A DNA stretch of 64,000 nucleotides, taken from Octopus sinensis (lineage: Eukaryota). The DNA is taken from the NCBI RefSeq assembly GCF_006345805.1, contig NC_043005.1, forward strand, positions 23,498,001 through 23,562,000, written 5' to 3'. The notes under the pieces were generated by a model, which saw nothing but the letters and a program-made list of their open reading frames with translations, ran no database searches and was not told the origin of the DNA. Of this stretch, positions 1 to 11,651 are shown one piece after another. Positions within the stretch are counted from its first letter, which is position 1. Each line of letters starts with the position of its first letter. The position numbers and the translations under genes are program-made.

Positions 1-549
1 TAACGATTCTGCCAGCTCACTGTCTTAATAATTTTGGCACAAGGCCAGCAATTGTGGGAGAGAGGATAAGTCAATTTCATCGACCCCAGTGCTCAACTGG
101 TACTTTTTTTATCAACCCCAAAGGGATGAAAGGCTAAGTCCACCTAGGCAGATTTTGAACTCAATGTAAAGATATACGAAATATGACTGAGCATTTTGCC
201 TTAATGATTCTGCTGGCTTGCTGCCTTATAAATAGTAATGATGATAATAAATTAATTAATGAAGTGAAATTTGGTTGACAAAGAGAGAATGGAAGGCCTC
301 TGGAAGGATTTTTCCTGTTCTTAGATGATAGGTTTAATCCATAGCTCAGTTTGATGTCACCTAGTCTGTGGGTGCCTTCAGCAGAGCCCAAATGTAAACA
401 TTTGGATCATATACCCAGTCTGATAATAATTGTCTCCTTTCCTCCCACCATTTTCAGAAACACTGAAAAAGGGTCACTGGTGACTAAACCATTAAAAAAA
501 AAACCCCCCAGAAAAGATAGCCTTTAGAGCAAGTAGTTTGATTACTTAC

Positions 550-642
550 CATTCGGGTGGAATGGTATAGTGCAGAATGAGATTTCAGGTTCCCTTGCTG
601 CTTTATTGGATGAAAACTGAAGGAATAGAGTGAAAACACCAC
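550..642 (-). CDS. UBE2U: UBE2U-like E2 enzyme, coding exon 3 (GGVFTLFLQFSSNKAAREPEISFCTIPFHPN); gene continues beyond the left window edge
   Basis: Acceptor ccttctctttatcag and donor G|gtaagt. 93 nt, phase 1/1. TIPFHPN is the UBC HPN motif in the UBE2U-type context. The catalytic-Cys exon is not in the window. Confidence 0.88.
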
Positions 643-1349
643 CTGATAAAGAGAAGGATTATCAGTGTCATCATCATCATCACCATCATCACCTACAGCA
701 CCAGTTCTGTCACAACCACCACCACCGCCACTGCCACCACCATCATCACTGTCATCATCACCACCACAGCCACCATCACCACTGCCATTATTGTTGTCAT
801 AGCTACTGCCACTGCCACCATCACAACCTTTATTATTAATGCTAGTATGTGGTTTGTCAATCTGCTAGAAATAGTAGCCAAATATCAATCTATAATCATT
901 TTCTTTTTAAAAGAAGGCAGACGCATTAGGTAGTACAGCCCTAAAAGGTGCACTGCCTGGAATAAAGGGGGAATGGTCATGTCTGGAATACCTTGGAATT
1001 AGACAAAACACAGCAGCAGCTGCGACTGCCATCACCACCATCATCATTATATCGATCAGTTCTAGTGTCATAATTATGACTGCAAGTAACAAGAATACTA
1101 TAAACATCATCTCATTACCATAATTATCATCATCATTGTTATGATCATTATCTTATCATCATCATCACCACCATCACTGTTGCCACTGCCGGCCACCACC
1201 TCCACCACCACCACCACCACCACCATTATCAGCATTAATTCTTTATAGTAACCACTATCTTCATTATTGTCATCGTCATCATTAGAATCCTTGCGATCGA
1301 CAAGAGCTCCATCACTATGAAATTCCTTGCTGCTGTCATATCACATGAG

Positions 1350-1735
1350 GAGGTGAGTAGGAAACTTTTCTGGATGGATTTGCAGGGAAATGCACAGGTT
1401 TGTGTGGTTTCAAGGGCATTATTACCAAGATCACACCCAACACTTAGTAACATCTATGGAAATCTGATACCAATATCCCTCAAGCTAAAGCAGTAACGGC
1501 TACAATTTGCCGGCCACTGTCACCAAGCAGAGAAAGAGGTTATCTCATCCCTGCCCCTATGGCATCCTTCTGGAAGTGTTTTCTCCAGGAAACTGACATT
1601 TCCAGGTACTATATCTCAGGACTCAGGGCTGGATATTAGAGATCTGAACACAGCAACGCAGGACTGTGTAGTGTGGAGGGGGATTGTCAATGGAGTTCCG
1701 ACTAACTGTAGGTTGGTTGAAGGATGATGATTACC
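1350..1735 (+). mobile_element. Degenerate RTE-clade LINE 3' end
   Basis: Reads RLQFAGHC...LWHP...ISQDSGLDIRDL...W with stops, typical of the RTE ORF2 C-terminus. Ends in (ATG)n. Confidence 0.55.
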
Positions 1736-2249
1736 AAGAATAGAGTCTTTGGTTAGCTCATCGTCATCATCATCATCATCAATCGGTTAACATCTGCTTT
1801 CCATGCTAGCATGGATTGGACAATTTGACTGAGGTCTGGTGAACCAGATGGCTGCACCAGACTCCAATCTGATCTAGCAGAGTTTCTACAGCTGGATGCC
1901 CTCCCTAACACCAACCACTCAGAGAGTGTAGAGGGTGCTTTTACGTGCCACCAGCACGAGGGCGACTCAGGCTGTACTGGCAATAGCCACACTCAAATGG
2001 TGCTTTTTATGTGCCACCTGCACGGGAGCCAGTCCAGCGGCACTGGCAAAGACCTCACTCCTTGGTAGAAATCTTTAATTCAGCATTTAGCAGAGCCTAA
2101 ATTATCTATAACACCTCTGTGTTCACTTTGTTTCTCAGTGGAGCCAACACTCTCCAGTTCACACAAGGAATGATCCCAATCTTACTATGAGTTGTGATAA
2201 ATGTTTGTCAAGGCTGTAACAAATATGTTAGACTTGTAAAAATGTAAAA

Positions 2250-3460
2250 GAGAATACCATCCAAATCTACCTATTTTCTCCTCACACAAACACTCAAAAC
2301 TTCCCATATGTCAGGTACTGCAATTGGCTTTACGAAAAATTTCACCCATCTTGGTTTGAGTTGCTAAAGACCATTAATGTTAGGTACTGAAATCCACTAT
2401 CACAAGTCCACAACCTTCCTACAAACACTTGGATAAAATGCTGAAGGAAAACTGTACAAATTTGGTTGGAATCAGATAGTGCACATCCATTTCAGTCAGT
2501 AAAAAATCAAATTGCAATATTTTTGCCACATCATGCCACTTGGTCTGTCAAATGGCTTCTATTCTCTTATGTCTAACAGTTTGTACTTAATCATGGATGT
2601 CATGCAGCTTTTGTGTTTCATGTCAAAAAAATAAGTGTGACTATTCTCACCACTAACACATTCAGTATGATACATTTCATAACATTGTCTTCTAATCAAC
2701 CAACAAACTACCTCTCCACTCAACTATTCTCTACATGCTTACTCAGCCTTGTTGATTGTGCTCAAATCTTTCTTTTTAATGAGAAATATCACATGTTGTC
2801 TATAGTTCTCCTTGTCAATTCCCACTTAGCTAACTTGCTGATCTAGTCTTTATAAGCTCTATGTGCAAGGAATAATATATTCAGCTTCCAATAACAGGGC
2901 CTCTGTCTAAGCTTGTTGTACTGGTCATAAACTTGAAATTTCCACAGCCAACTACAAGAAACTGGACACCCTACATAATTCCTTTCCACTGACCTAAAAC
3001 AGGGACAGATGCATATCATCCTGTTCTGTATTTGGAAAACCAAGCAACTTTTTACCAAACTGTTGAAATTGCTTGAGAATGTTTGTGAAATTGCGTTTAG
3101 TTACTCAAACACAATCCCTTTATGCATCAATGCTATACATCAGCTCCTCAGTGAAGCCACAGTTGGTGTTGGGAGAAAGAAGAAAGTGGATACTTATTTG
3201 AACCCAAGGTTTTTTTTTATGGTTCCTTAATTTCATTTGAAGAAATCAGGATTTTGCATCAGTAAAGAATTCTTTTGTGTTCACAGGAAATAGATAGATG
3301 CTTCATCTTTGCAGCTGGCTGTATCTTGACCAAATATAATCATTTCCTCTTCTTACCAGCAAAATGTTTTAATTTTTTTCCTACTTTCTTTAGCTCATCC
3401 ATCAGCTTTACATTGCTTTTTCAGATATCAATGAAGGTCATGGATGAGAAGACAAAATGT
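2250..3460 (-). mobile_element. Highly degraded LINE reverse-transcriptase fragment
   Basis: Scattered RT-like motifs on the minus strand with many stops. Boundaries approximate. Confidence 0.35.
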
Positions 3461-3525
3461 AATGTTACTGCCATTTAGCACAGACGGACAGACGGATGGA
3501 CCGACTGACCTATCTACCTACCTAC

Positions 3526-3592
<67 letters not shown>

Positions 3593-3634
3593 TATATATT
3601 ATATATATATATATATATATACACATATATATAT

Positions 3635-3668
<34 letters not shown>

Positions 3669-4663
3669 TATATATATATATATACACATATATATATATC
3701 TACACACACTCACCAGCATGTGTGGCCCATTTTTGCATCTCTTGCTCATTGTAACATATTATTTGGGTCTAAATACCTCATCTCTCATCAACTTGCCACA
3801 TGACAAGATGTTCAAATTCAGAACCAGGTTCTTGCTTATATATGGCCTACTCCGGTTGATGAAGCACAAATTCTAATGTGTCAACCAGGGTCTCCACCAG
3901 CTTCTCTTCTGAGGGCATATGAGAACCCAGTCCATTTACTTTATATAAAACGGTGGTATATCACCTTGTTCTACACATTTTCCTAGATAAATTCCTTGGG
4001 CAAGGAGGCACTCCTTTTTGTAAAACAATTCTTCCATGGTTTTTCGTTTCTGGAGTTGACTGATGTCTGACATTTCTTTTTAGCCTACAACACGAGCAAA
4101 AGATGAGTTGCTTTTGTTGTAGTGGGTCCTTTTGATAATGTCAGATAAGCCTGCATCCTTACAAATTAGGACTGTCTGTGTCTATATATGACTGTTTGTT
4201 TCACTTTTGTTATTTTTTATGTATACTTTTTATTTTTTAATCTATTTACTTTATTAATCCAAGAGGAGTGAAAAGCAAAGCTAACTTGATGTATTCGGAT
4301 ATAGCATTAAAAAGAAAAATGTATCTAAACCACGTATATTATGACCCCATACCTTGAGAGCATGCCCTGGCAATTGCCACCATCTATCCCTCTCTTCTTT
4401 ACTCTAACATTCCATCTGTGCTCTATTGTTTTAGTTAAATAATAATCATAACCTTCCTACTATAGTCACAAGACCGGAAATTTTTGGTGAGGGGACTAGT
4501 CAACTACATTGACCCCGGGGTGTGACTTGTACTTATCTTATCGACCCTGAAATGATGAAAGCAAAGTTTCTCTCGGCGGAATTTGAACTCAGAATGTAAA
4601 GATGGGTGAAGTACATCTAAGTATTTTATCTGGTGCGCTAATGATTTTGCCAACTTGGTGCCT

Positions 4664-4666
<3 letters not shown>

Positions 4667-4761
<95 letters not shown>

Positions 4762-4873
4762 AATAATAAAAATAATAATAACAACAACATAACATCATCA
4801 ACATCATCATAATAATAATAATAATAAAATAATAACAACAACAACAACAACAACAACAATAATAATAATAATC

Positions 4874-4921
<48 letters not shown>
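4667..4921. repeat. Compound trinucleotide array (TAC)n-(CAT)n-(AAC)n-(TAA)n
   Basis: Read directly from the sequence. Confidence 0.95.
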
Positions 4922-4923
<2 letters not shown>

Positions 4924-6188
4924 CGACTCTATCTGCCAAGAAAAGAGGGAGGCCGTGGTCTTTTGCAACTGGCAATAACAATGAAGATTGCTACAATTGG
5001 CCTAGACACCTACCTGAAAAACTCTGAGGACTGGATGTTAAAACTTGTCTCAAAACATGAAAACAAGAAAGCATCATACTCAGTCACAAAACAGGCAAAG
5101 GAATATCTAAGTGAATTCCGAATACAACCAATTTCGGAATTAGAGATAGATATACAAGAAACAAGCACAGAAAAAGCTAGGCGCATGAAAACCCGTGCCA
5201 AAACTGCGGCCTTAGATATTCTGAATAATAAATGGCAAGAAAAACCTCTCTATGGCAAATACCCAAAGAGAGCGAATAATGCAGATATCGACAAAGCCCT
5301 GACCCATCAATGGCTAATGGCCTCTGGCTTAAAATCTGAAACAGAGGGGTTTATCATAGCAGCTCAAGATCAATGCCTACCAACAAGGAACTACCAGGCC
5401 AACATATTAAAGAACGGCAGTAGCCCAACATGTCGTGTATGCCGACAACAAAATGAAACCATTGACCATGTTGTCTCCAAATGCAGTCTTCTAGCGCCTA
5501 CAGAGTACCTCAGTAGGCATGATAGAGCTGCACAATATATTCACTTTGCAAAAACCTGGATTTGCCCCATGAAAAAAACTGGTGGGAACACAATCCACCT
5601 CCTGTGCTTGAAAAGGACCACATCTCACTCCTCTGGAACTTCACCATTCAAACTGACAGGAAGATAGATGCAAATAGGCCAGACATTATATTGAAAGACT
5701 TCAGACAAAGAACATGCCTCCTCATTGATATGACTGTCCCAATCGATATAAATGTATCTGTCAAGACCTACCAAAAACTGAGCAAATATAAAGATCTTGA
5801 AATAGAAATCAGCAAAATGTGGAAGCTGAAGACTAAAACAATACCTGTTGTCATAGGTGCCCTGGGAATGATAGCGAAAGGGACTGACTGCTACCTAACT
5901 CAGATACCCAAAAATGGCAGAAATTCAAAAGATAGTGCTCATGGGAATGCTCATATCCTACGCAAAATACTCTCTATGTAATCCCAAGGTTTAAAACAAA
6001 CTTTTTTTTATTTATTTATTTATTTATTTTTTTTTTATGTATTAGACATTCACTAGTACAACACAAAAAAAAAGAAGGAAAAAAACCCCCCAAATATATG
6101 GCACAGAACTTCCAACCTGTTGTCTCTTGAGGTCTCTGGGTGAGACTTGGAGCCAACTTGTACAGACATAAAGCAAAAGTCAAACATA
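4922..6188 (+). mobile_element. 5'-truncated Dong/R4-clade non-LTR retrotransposon with CCHC knuckle and restriction-like endonuclease, inserted in (TAA)n
   Basis: KRLYLPRKEGGRGL, LKSETEGFIIAAQDQ, CRVC...ETIDHVVSKC, RHD, NRPDII...LIDMTVP...KLSKYKDL...PVVIGALG. One frameshift near 5550. (TAA)n on both flanks. Confidence 0.9.
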
Positions 6189-6223
<35 letters not shown>

Positions 6224-6264
6224 GATTATATAACAACAGCAACAATAACAACAATAATATTTAC

Positions 6265-6349
6265 CTTCCCAAATCGAACAGTTTAAACCTTTCAACTTGG
6301 CAACCCAATCAAAAACGTTGTCAGGAGAAATCAGATTGACTTCGATTCC
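6265..6349 (-). CDS. UBE2U: UBE2U-like coding exon 2 (GIEVNLISPDNVFDWVAKLKGLNCSIWEG)
   Basis: Acceptor tttctttcctttcaag and donor AAG|gtaaat. 85 nt, phase 0/1. UBC beta-strand pattern N-x-x-x-W...G...WEG. Joins in frame to 550-642. Confidence 0.88.
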
Positions 6350-6949
6350 CTTGAAAGGAAAGAAAACAGAAATTAGTTCTAAAAATTTTATTACCTTCCA
6401 ACATGTTGATTAAACACCAGTCAACTCTTACTCAGCAGATTTAAGATCAAAGGTGTTCCAACCATGACCATTCTCTCAGTCAGTAGATATATATTCCCTG
6501 GTAGCATCAATGTTGTTTGGCAGTGTAGGAAAATTATAGCTTTTATTTTTTACTTATTTCAGTCATTAGATTGTGGCCATGTTGGGGCACCATATTGAAG
6601 AATTTTTAGTTGAATGAATTGACCTCAGGACTTATGTTATGTTTAAGCCTGTATTTATTCTATTGGCCTCTTAGGCTGAACCACTAAGTTACCAGGATGT
6701 AAACACACTAACACCAGTTATTTTTTGAAACAACTTTTATCAAAACAAGACCCCCCCCTCGTTAGAGTAGCCACCTGGTTTAGCCATTTTTAAAGGCCAA
6801 GAATCAACTCATCACTTACTATTTGAAATAACTGACTAGCTGTATAGATGTAAACACATTTTTTTCTTCTTTCTTTCCTTCTCTTTTCCATTGACACTTC
6901 TTTCAGATACACAGGCAGACACACACACATACACATACAAAAACACACA

Positions 6950-7200
6950 CTCTCTCACTTTCTCCTCATTCCTCACCCTCTTTTACTATCCTATATCTCT
7001 CTCCACCTCTACAAACTCAATAATACTATAAAAAGAGACGAATCCCCTCAAAAAATTTTAATCTGAAGAATCTACTAGAGCAGATGCAAGCGCTAATATA
7101 TGATTTATAAAAACATGTGACATATTAATAAAAATCTGTAAATGTACAACCATCCAGATTTCTGAGTACCTTATTTTTTTCTAATATATAACATCTGTAC
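6950..7200 (+). repeat. Interspersed repeat, second copy at about 44422-44660; both follow (CA)n
   Basis: Shared blocks such as gcgctaatatatgatttataaaaacatgt and accatccagatttctgagtacct. Confidence 0.75.
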
Positions 7201-7224
7201 ATCACCTCCAAACCTTCTAATATA

Positions 7225-7275
<51 letters not shown>

Positions 7276-7934
7276 ATATATACATTTGGCCGTGGCCAAA
7301 AGTTTGGAACATTTGTTTAAAAATTAAAATTGTTATGCCCAAGTACAATATGATTCAAATATATACAATATAGAGATATACTTACCTAATAACTGATCTG
7401 ATGGTTCAATAACTAAAAGAAAAAATAGGCAAAATCAAAAATATAATTCTAGACCAAATTGGTTACTTTTAATTTAGCATTGGGCATTTGATATAAAATT
7501 CTAATGTTCAAACCTATGTTCCAAACCTTTGGTCACGACTGTAAATATATCAAATTTATATATGTGTGTGCGTGTGTGTGTATATATATATATAATATAT
7601 ATATAATCGTTTGTATATTTATTTTGGAAGATTCTTGATGTGAATTTGTGTGTTGAAACAGATATTGTTATATTTGTGGATGGTTGTGTTCCCAGTTTAA
7701 CCGATGAAAACACACACACTTTATTTATTCGGTGTTCACTTGCTTCAGCTTTATTTCACATTAATTGTATTTCGGCCAGAATTCTTAGGTCACACTTCAG
7801 TGACCTCATCAGTGGTCCTTTGCTTCCTTCTTTCTTTTTGTGTGTGTCTTTCCTTCCTAATGATTTGCTATTTTGTATTCCTGTTGTATGTTTCTTTATT
7901 TGCACATAGATATATCCCACAAATACAACAATAT

Positions 7935-8445
7935 ATCATCATCATCATCATCATTTAGCATCCGCCTTCCATGCTAGCATGGGTTGGACGGTTCAACTGG
8001 GGTCTGGGAAGCCAGAAGGCTGCACCAGGCCCAGTCTGATCTGGCAATGTTTCTATGACTGGATGCCTTTCCTAACGTCAACCACTCCGTGAGTGTAGTG
8101 GGTGCTTTTTACGTGCCACCGGCACAGGTGCCAGACGGGGCTGGCAAACGGCCACGGTCGGATGGTGCTTTTTACGTGCCACCGGCACGGGGGCCAGGCG
8201 AGGCTGGCAACGGACACGATCAGATGGTGCTTTTTACGTGCCACTGGCATGGGGGCCAGGCGAGGCTGGCAACGGACATGATCGGATGGTGCTTTTTACG
8301 TGCCAATGGCATGGGGGCCAGGCGAGACTGGCAATGGACACGATCGGATGGTGCTTTTTATGTGCCACCGGCACTGGTATCACAGCTATAATTTCCATTG
8401 ATGTTGATCGATTTCGATTCTGATTCTCACTTGCCTCAACAGGTC
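7935..8445 (-). mobile_element. Octopus SINE with (ATG)n tail and an internal 62-bp tandem array; related copies at about 1757-2052, 11187-11420, 36765-37048, 40020-40227, 43180-43610, 57215-57586, 58780-59300, 61262-61465
   Basis: Recurrent core gttaggaagggcatccagctgtagaaac...accgtccaacccatgctagcatgg...(gat)n. Confidence 0.85.
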
Positions 8446-8462
8446 TTCACAGAGAGTTGGTA

Positions 8463-8514
<52 letters not shown>

Positions 8515-8541
8515 TATATATATATATATATATATATGGAA

Positions 8542-8586
<45 letters not shown>

Positions 8587-8881
8587 CAGATGGATGCAAA
8601 TGTGTGTGTGTGAGTGTGCATGTATAGTTTTGGCAAACAGGAAAATAGAATTCAAATGTTGGTTACAGTGATGATGGTTCCAGTTGATCCAATCAACAGA
8701 ACAGCCTTCTCATGAAATTAATATGCTTAGCACTCCACCAACATGTGTACCCTTAACATATTTATGAAGTATCTTCTTAAGTATGAAGCTGTTACTGAAG
8801 AATCAAAATATAGACAAAAAGAAGAAAAAGATACAAGAAATAAATAAAACAAAAGATCAGTTGTGTTTGTAGAATAGTTAC

Positions 8882-8941
8882 CCAGGTGGAAAACTTTTGG
8901 ATAGCATTGAACTCTTTCTCAAGTAATTCACTGGACAACAT
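8882..8941 (-). CDS. UBE2U: UBE2U-like coding exon 1 (MLSSELLEKEFNAIQKFSTW); exon boundaries 8882-8949
   Basis: Acceptor catctacag at 8950, ATG at 8941 and donor TGG|gtaact, phase 0. Resembles E2 helix 1 and joins in frame to the GIEV exon. Confidence 0.78.
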
Positions 8942-9542
8942 TTTTGGAACTGTAGATGTTATGAATAATATCGAACTTTCTTCCTAGTTCAGGACAGCAA
9001 TTTATTAATCATTATTCTTCATATGAGCAGAGTAAAAGGCTGAAATACATAAATAAACAATATATACAAACAATATATATATATATATATATATTAATAA
9101 ATAAAATAAAACATATGCATATATATAAACATATATGTACGTACTTACCTCTACATGTACATATACATGCATATATGAGTACAGGACACCAAAAGGACGT
9201 CGAGCACAATGAGAAACAAAAACATAGACACAAACCAAAGGAACTGGACATTTATTTAAAAACAGCAAAAAAAATAGAATACAGGACAATTAACACAAAG
9301 AAAAAACCCCTTCTTCAGTCGCTAAAGCTTTCATCTACTCTACGTTTCGAAGACAGTTGAAAGATAAGAACTATAGATGTAGAAAACACATAGTAGTGCT
9401 CAAGTGATTTGAACTTAACACCGAAGTCTTTATCAAGGACTAAGTCCACATGGTAAAGAGTGGCTGTAAGAGTAATCCAGTTGAGCTGATATGGGGATAA
9501 TGATGATGCAGATAAAGAGGATTAGACTTGTATATATATATA

Positions 9543-10349
9543 TCTCTATATATAAAACTGAAATGCGTTTTTACCGCTTGGATCACTTTCAATGCCACTA
9601 CATCCCGTCCGATTCACTCCAAAATTTACAGGGACATGTAAAATGAGGTGACGATGCCCGTGGGCTACCTTAGAAATCCCTATCTTAAAAGGTGTGGTTG
9701 CTAGGGGCCATCTTCCTCACTCACGCTATTTCCTCCATTCCCCTCTAACTCCCCTTCATTTATAACTTTGACAAGTCCACTCCCGTTATTTAATGTATCT
9801 GTCTTCCTCAACTCACTCTCACTATTTCCTCTTCCCAGCACATTTTCACTCACTCTATTTCTTACCTTCCCATAACTTTCACTTATGTATCTGTCTGCAT
9901 TCATAGAGAGAAACAAATATTCCATCGCCATCGCCATCGCATTCTATTGTCTACCTGTCAACACGCCGATCGACCAAATACAAACAGAACACACCAACCA
10001 GCGTTCGTGTTCTGGTGATAACGTAGGTTTTTCGTATCTATTACATTTTAACATTTATTTAGAACCCTGCAAATTTTTCGTGCTAAATTTTCATTTATTA
10101 CTACTTTATTATTTTTTCTTAAATTGATGCTTTTATTAAAATTAATTCTAATTGTCTGGGTCAACAGTTTGTTTCCTCGGAGGATATGGAAATTCTTATT
10201 ACCTGTCAGAGAAATAACTCCAGCAGCTCACAACTATTTCAACAAAGACAAGGTTACCTGCTTACCAGTCGAATTCAGCGTCAACACTCATGTATGAGAG
10301 AGACTCCAACACACACACACACACACACACCACACACACACACACACAC

Positions 10350-10413
<64 letters not shown>

Positions 10414-10973
10414 TATATATATAATGTGTGCATTATGTAGTTGGTTGAGCTGAAAATATGCACACCTATGTTAAAAGTGCTGGCAAGTTTGCATGACAAC
10501 TATTTTTTTCCTCAAATGAAAGGCGTGACCTCTAGGACAAAATTCTCATCTTATAAAATGTGGCCCCAGTAGACCCGAATGAAATCGGGTTATATTAACC
10601 AAAATGTGAAAAGGGGTCTAAATGGGGCTTGAAGGGGATTAAAATTTAAAGGAGTGGGTGTTTAGCAATTCTCTGTTACATCAAGCTAAAAAATTTGCGC
10701 CAGCCTTTGAAGAAGTTTTGAATGCTTGCCATGGTGAGTCTACTGTCGTGAGAAAGAATCAATTCAAAACTTGGTGTTTAGGGATTTTCTTTTACATCAA
10801 GTTCAAAATTTTACGCCAGCCGTTAAACTGTCAATACGTTGCTGTCCGTCGTTAAGAAATGCCAGCCATGGTGACTCTACTATCCTCAAATTCTATCCCT
10901 TCAAACTTTGGTTTCCAATATTTTATTATTTTTATTCAGCTCGCAAGTTCGTCTGTCCCTTTTAAATGCTAGT
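9543..10973 (+). mobile_element. Non-autonomous Helitron/Helentron-like (HINE/DINE-type) element
   Basis: Starts tctctatatataaa, contains an internal (CA)n(TA)n microsatellite, and ends ...aaatgCTAGT. Confidence 0.45.
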
Positions 10974-11651
10974 GTTTTGCTGTCTACCTTGAAGCAGACC
11001 TTTCCGTTGTTACTGCCTGATATTTATGATTGATCTTTCTAAATATTTTATTTCTCAACTTACTCAAGATCTTTTGTTGTTTATAAATGGGAGAGAGATA
11101 GATAAAGATAGAGAGTAAGAGAAAGCGAGGGAGAGTCCGAGAGAAAGGAAGAGTAACAGAGTGGGAAAGTGAGAGAGAAAGGAGGGAGAATCATCATCAT
11201 CATCGTTTAACGTCAGTCTTCCGTGCTAGCACGGGTTGGACAGTTTGACCGGGGTCTGGGAAGCCAGGAGGCTGCACCAGGCTCCAGTCTGATCTGGCAG
11301 TGTTTCTACAGGTGGATGCCCTTCCTAACGCCAACCACTCTGTGAGCGTAATGGGTGCTTTTTTCGTGCCAGGGGGGCTGGCAGCGGCCACGATCGGTTG
11401 GTGCTTTTTACGTGCTGAAAGGAAGCAACAGAAAGTAACAACCACACTCTTACCCGTGCGTAGAGCGGGTCACCTTCAGCTAGTATATATATATATATAT
11501 ATATATAATAATAAATATTAGGGAATAAATCCAAATTTACAGGGAAAAAATCAGATTTAGGATTAAATCCAATTTTATAGTAAAATATTATAAAATATTA
11601 TTAGAGACAAAACCACTATTTTGCAAAACAAACAAGGAAAGACTTAAGATT

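Noticed and set aside
361-419. Possible terminal UBE2U exon (DWVYDPNVYIWALLKAPTD*)
   Set aside because: Phase fits, but it lacks the E2 catalytic Cys region. The true next exon is probably outside the window.
630-1330. Poly-His / poly-Met-Val ORFs
   Set aside because: Translations of (CAT/CAC)n microsatellites inside a UBE2U intron, with no gene structure.
3444-3876. Long IY/YI-repeat ORFs (also near 10.3, 25.5 and 53.7 kb)
   Set aside because: (TA)n/(CA)n/(TATC)n microsatellites.
9330-9365. Hammerhead-like GAAACGTA and CTGAAGA on the minus strand
   Set aside because: No convincing stem I or II pairing and the wrong arrangement.
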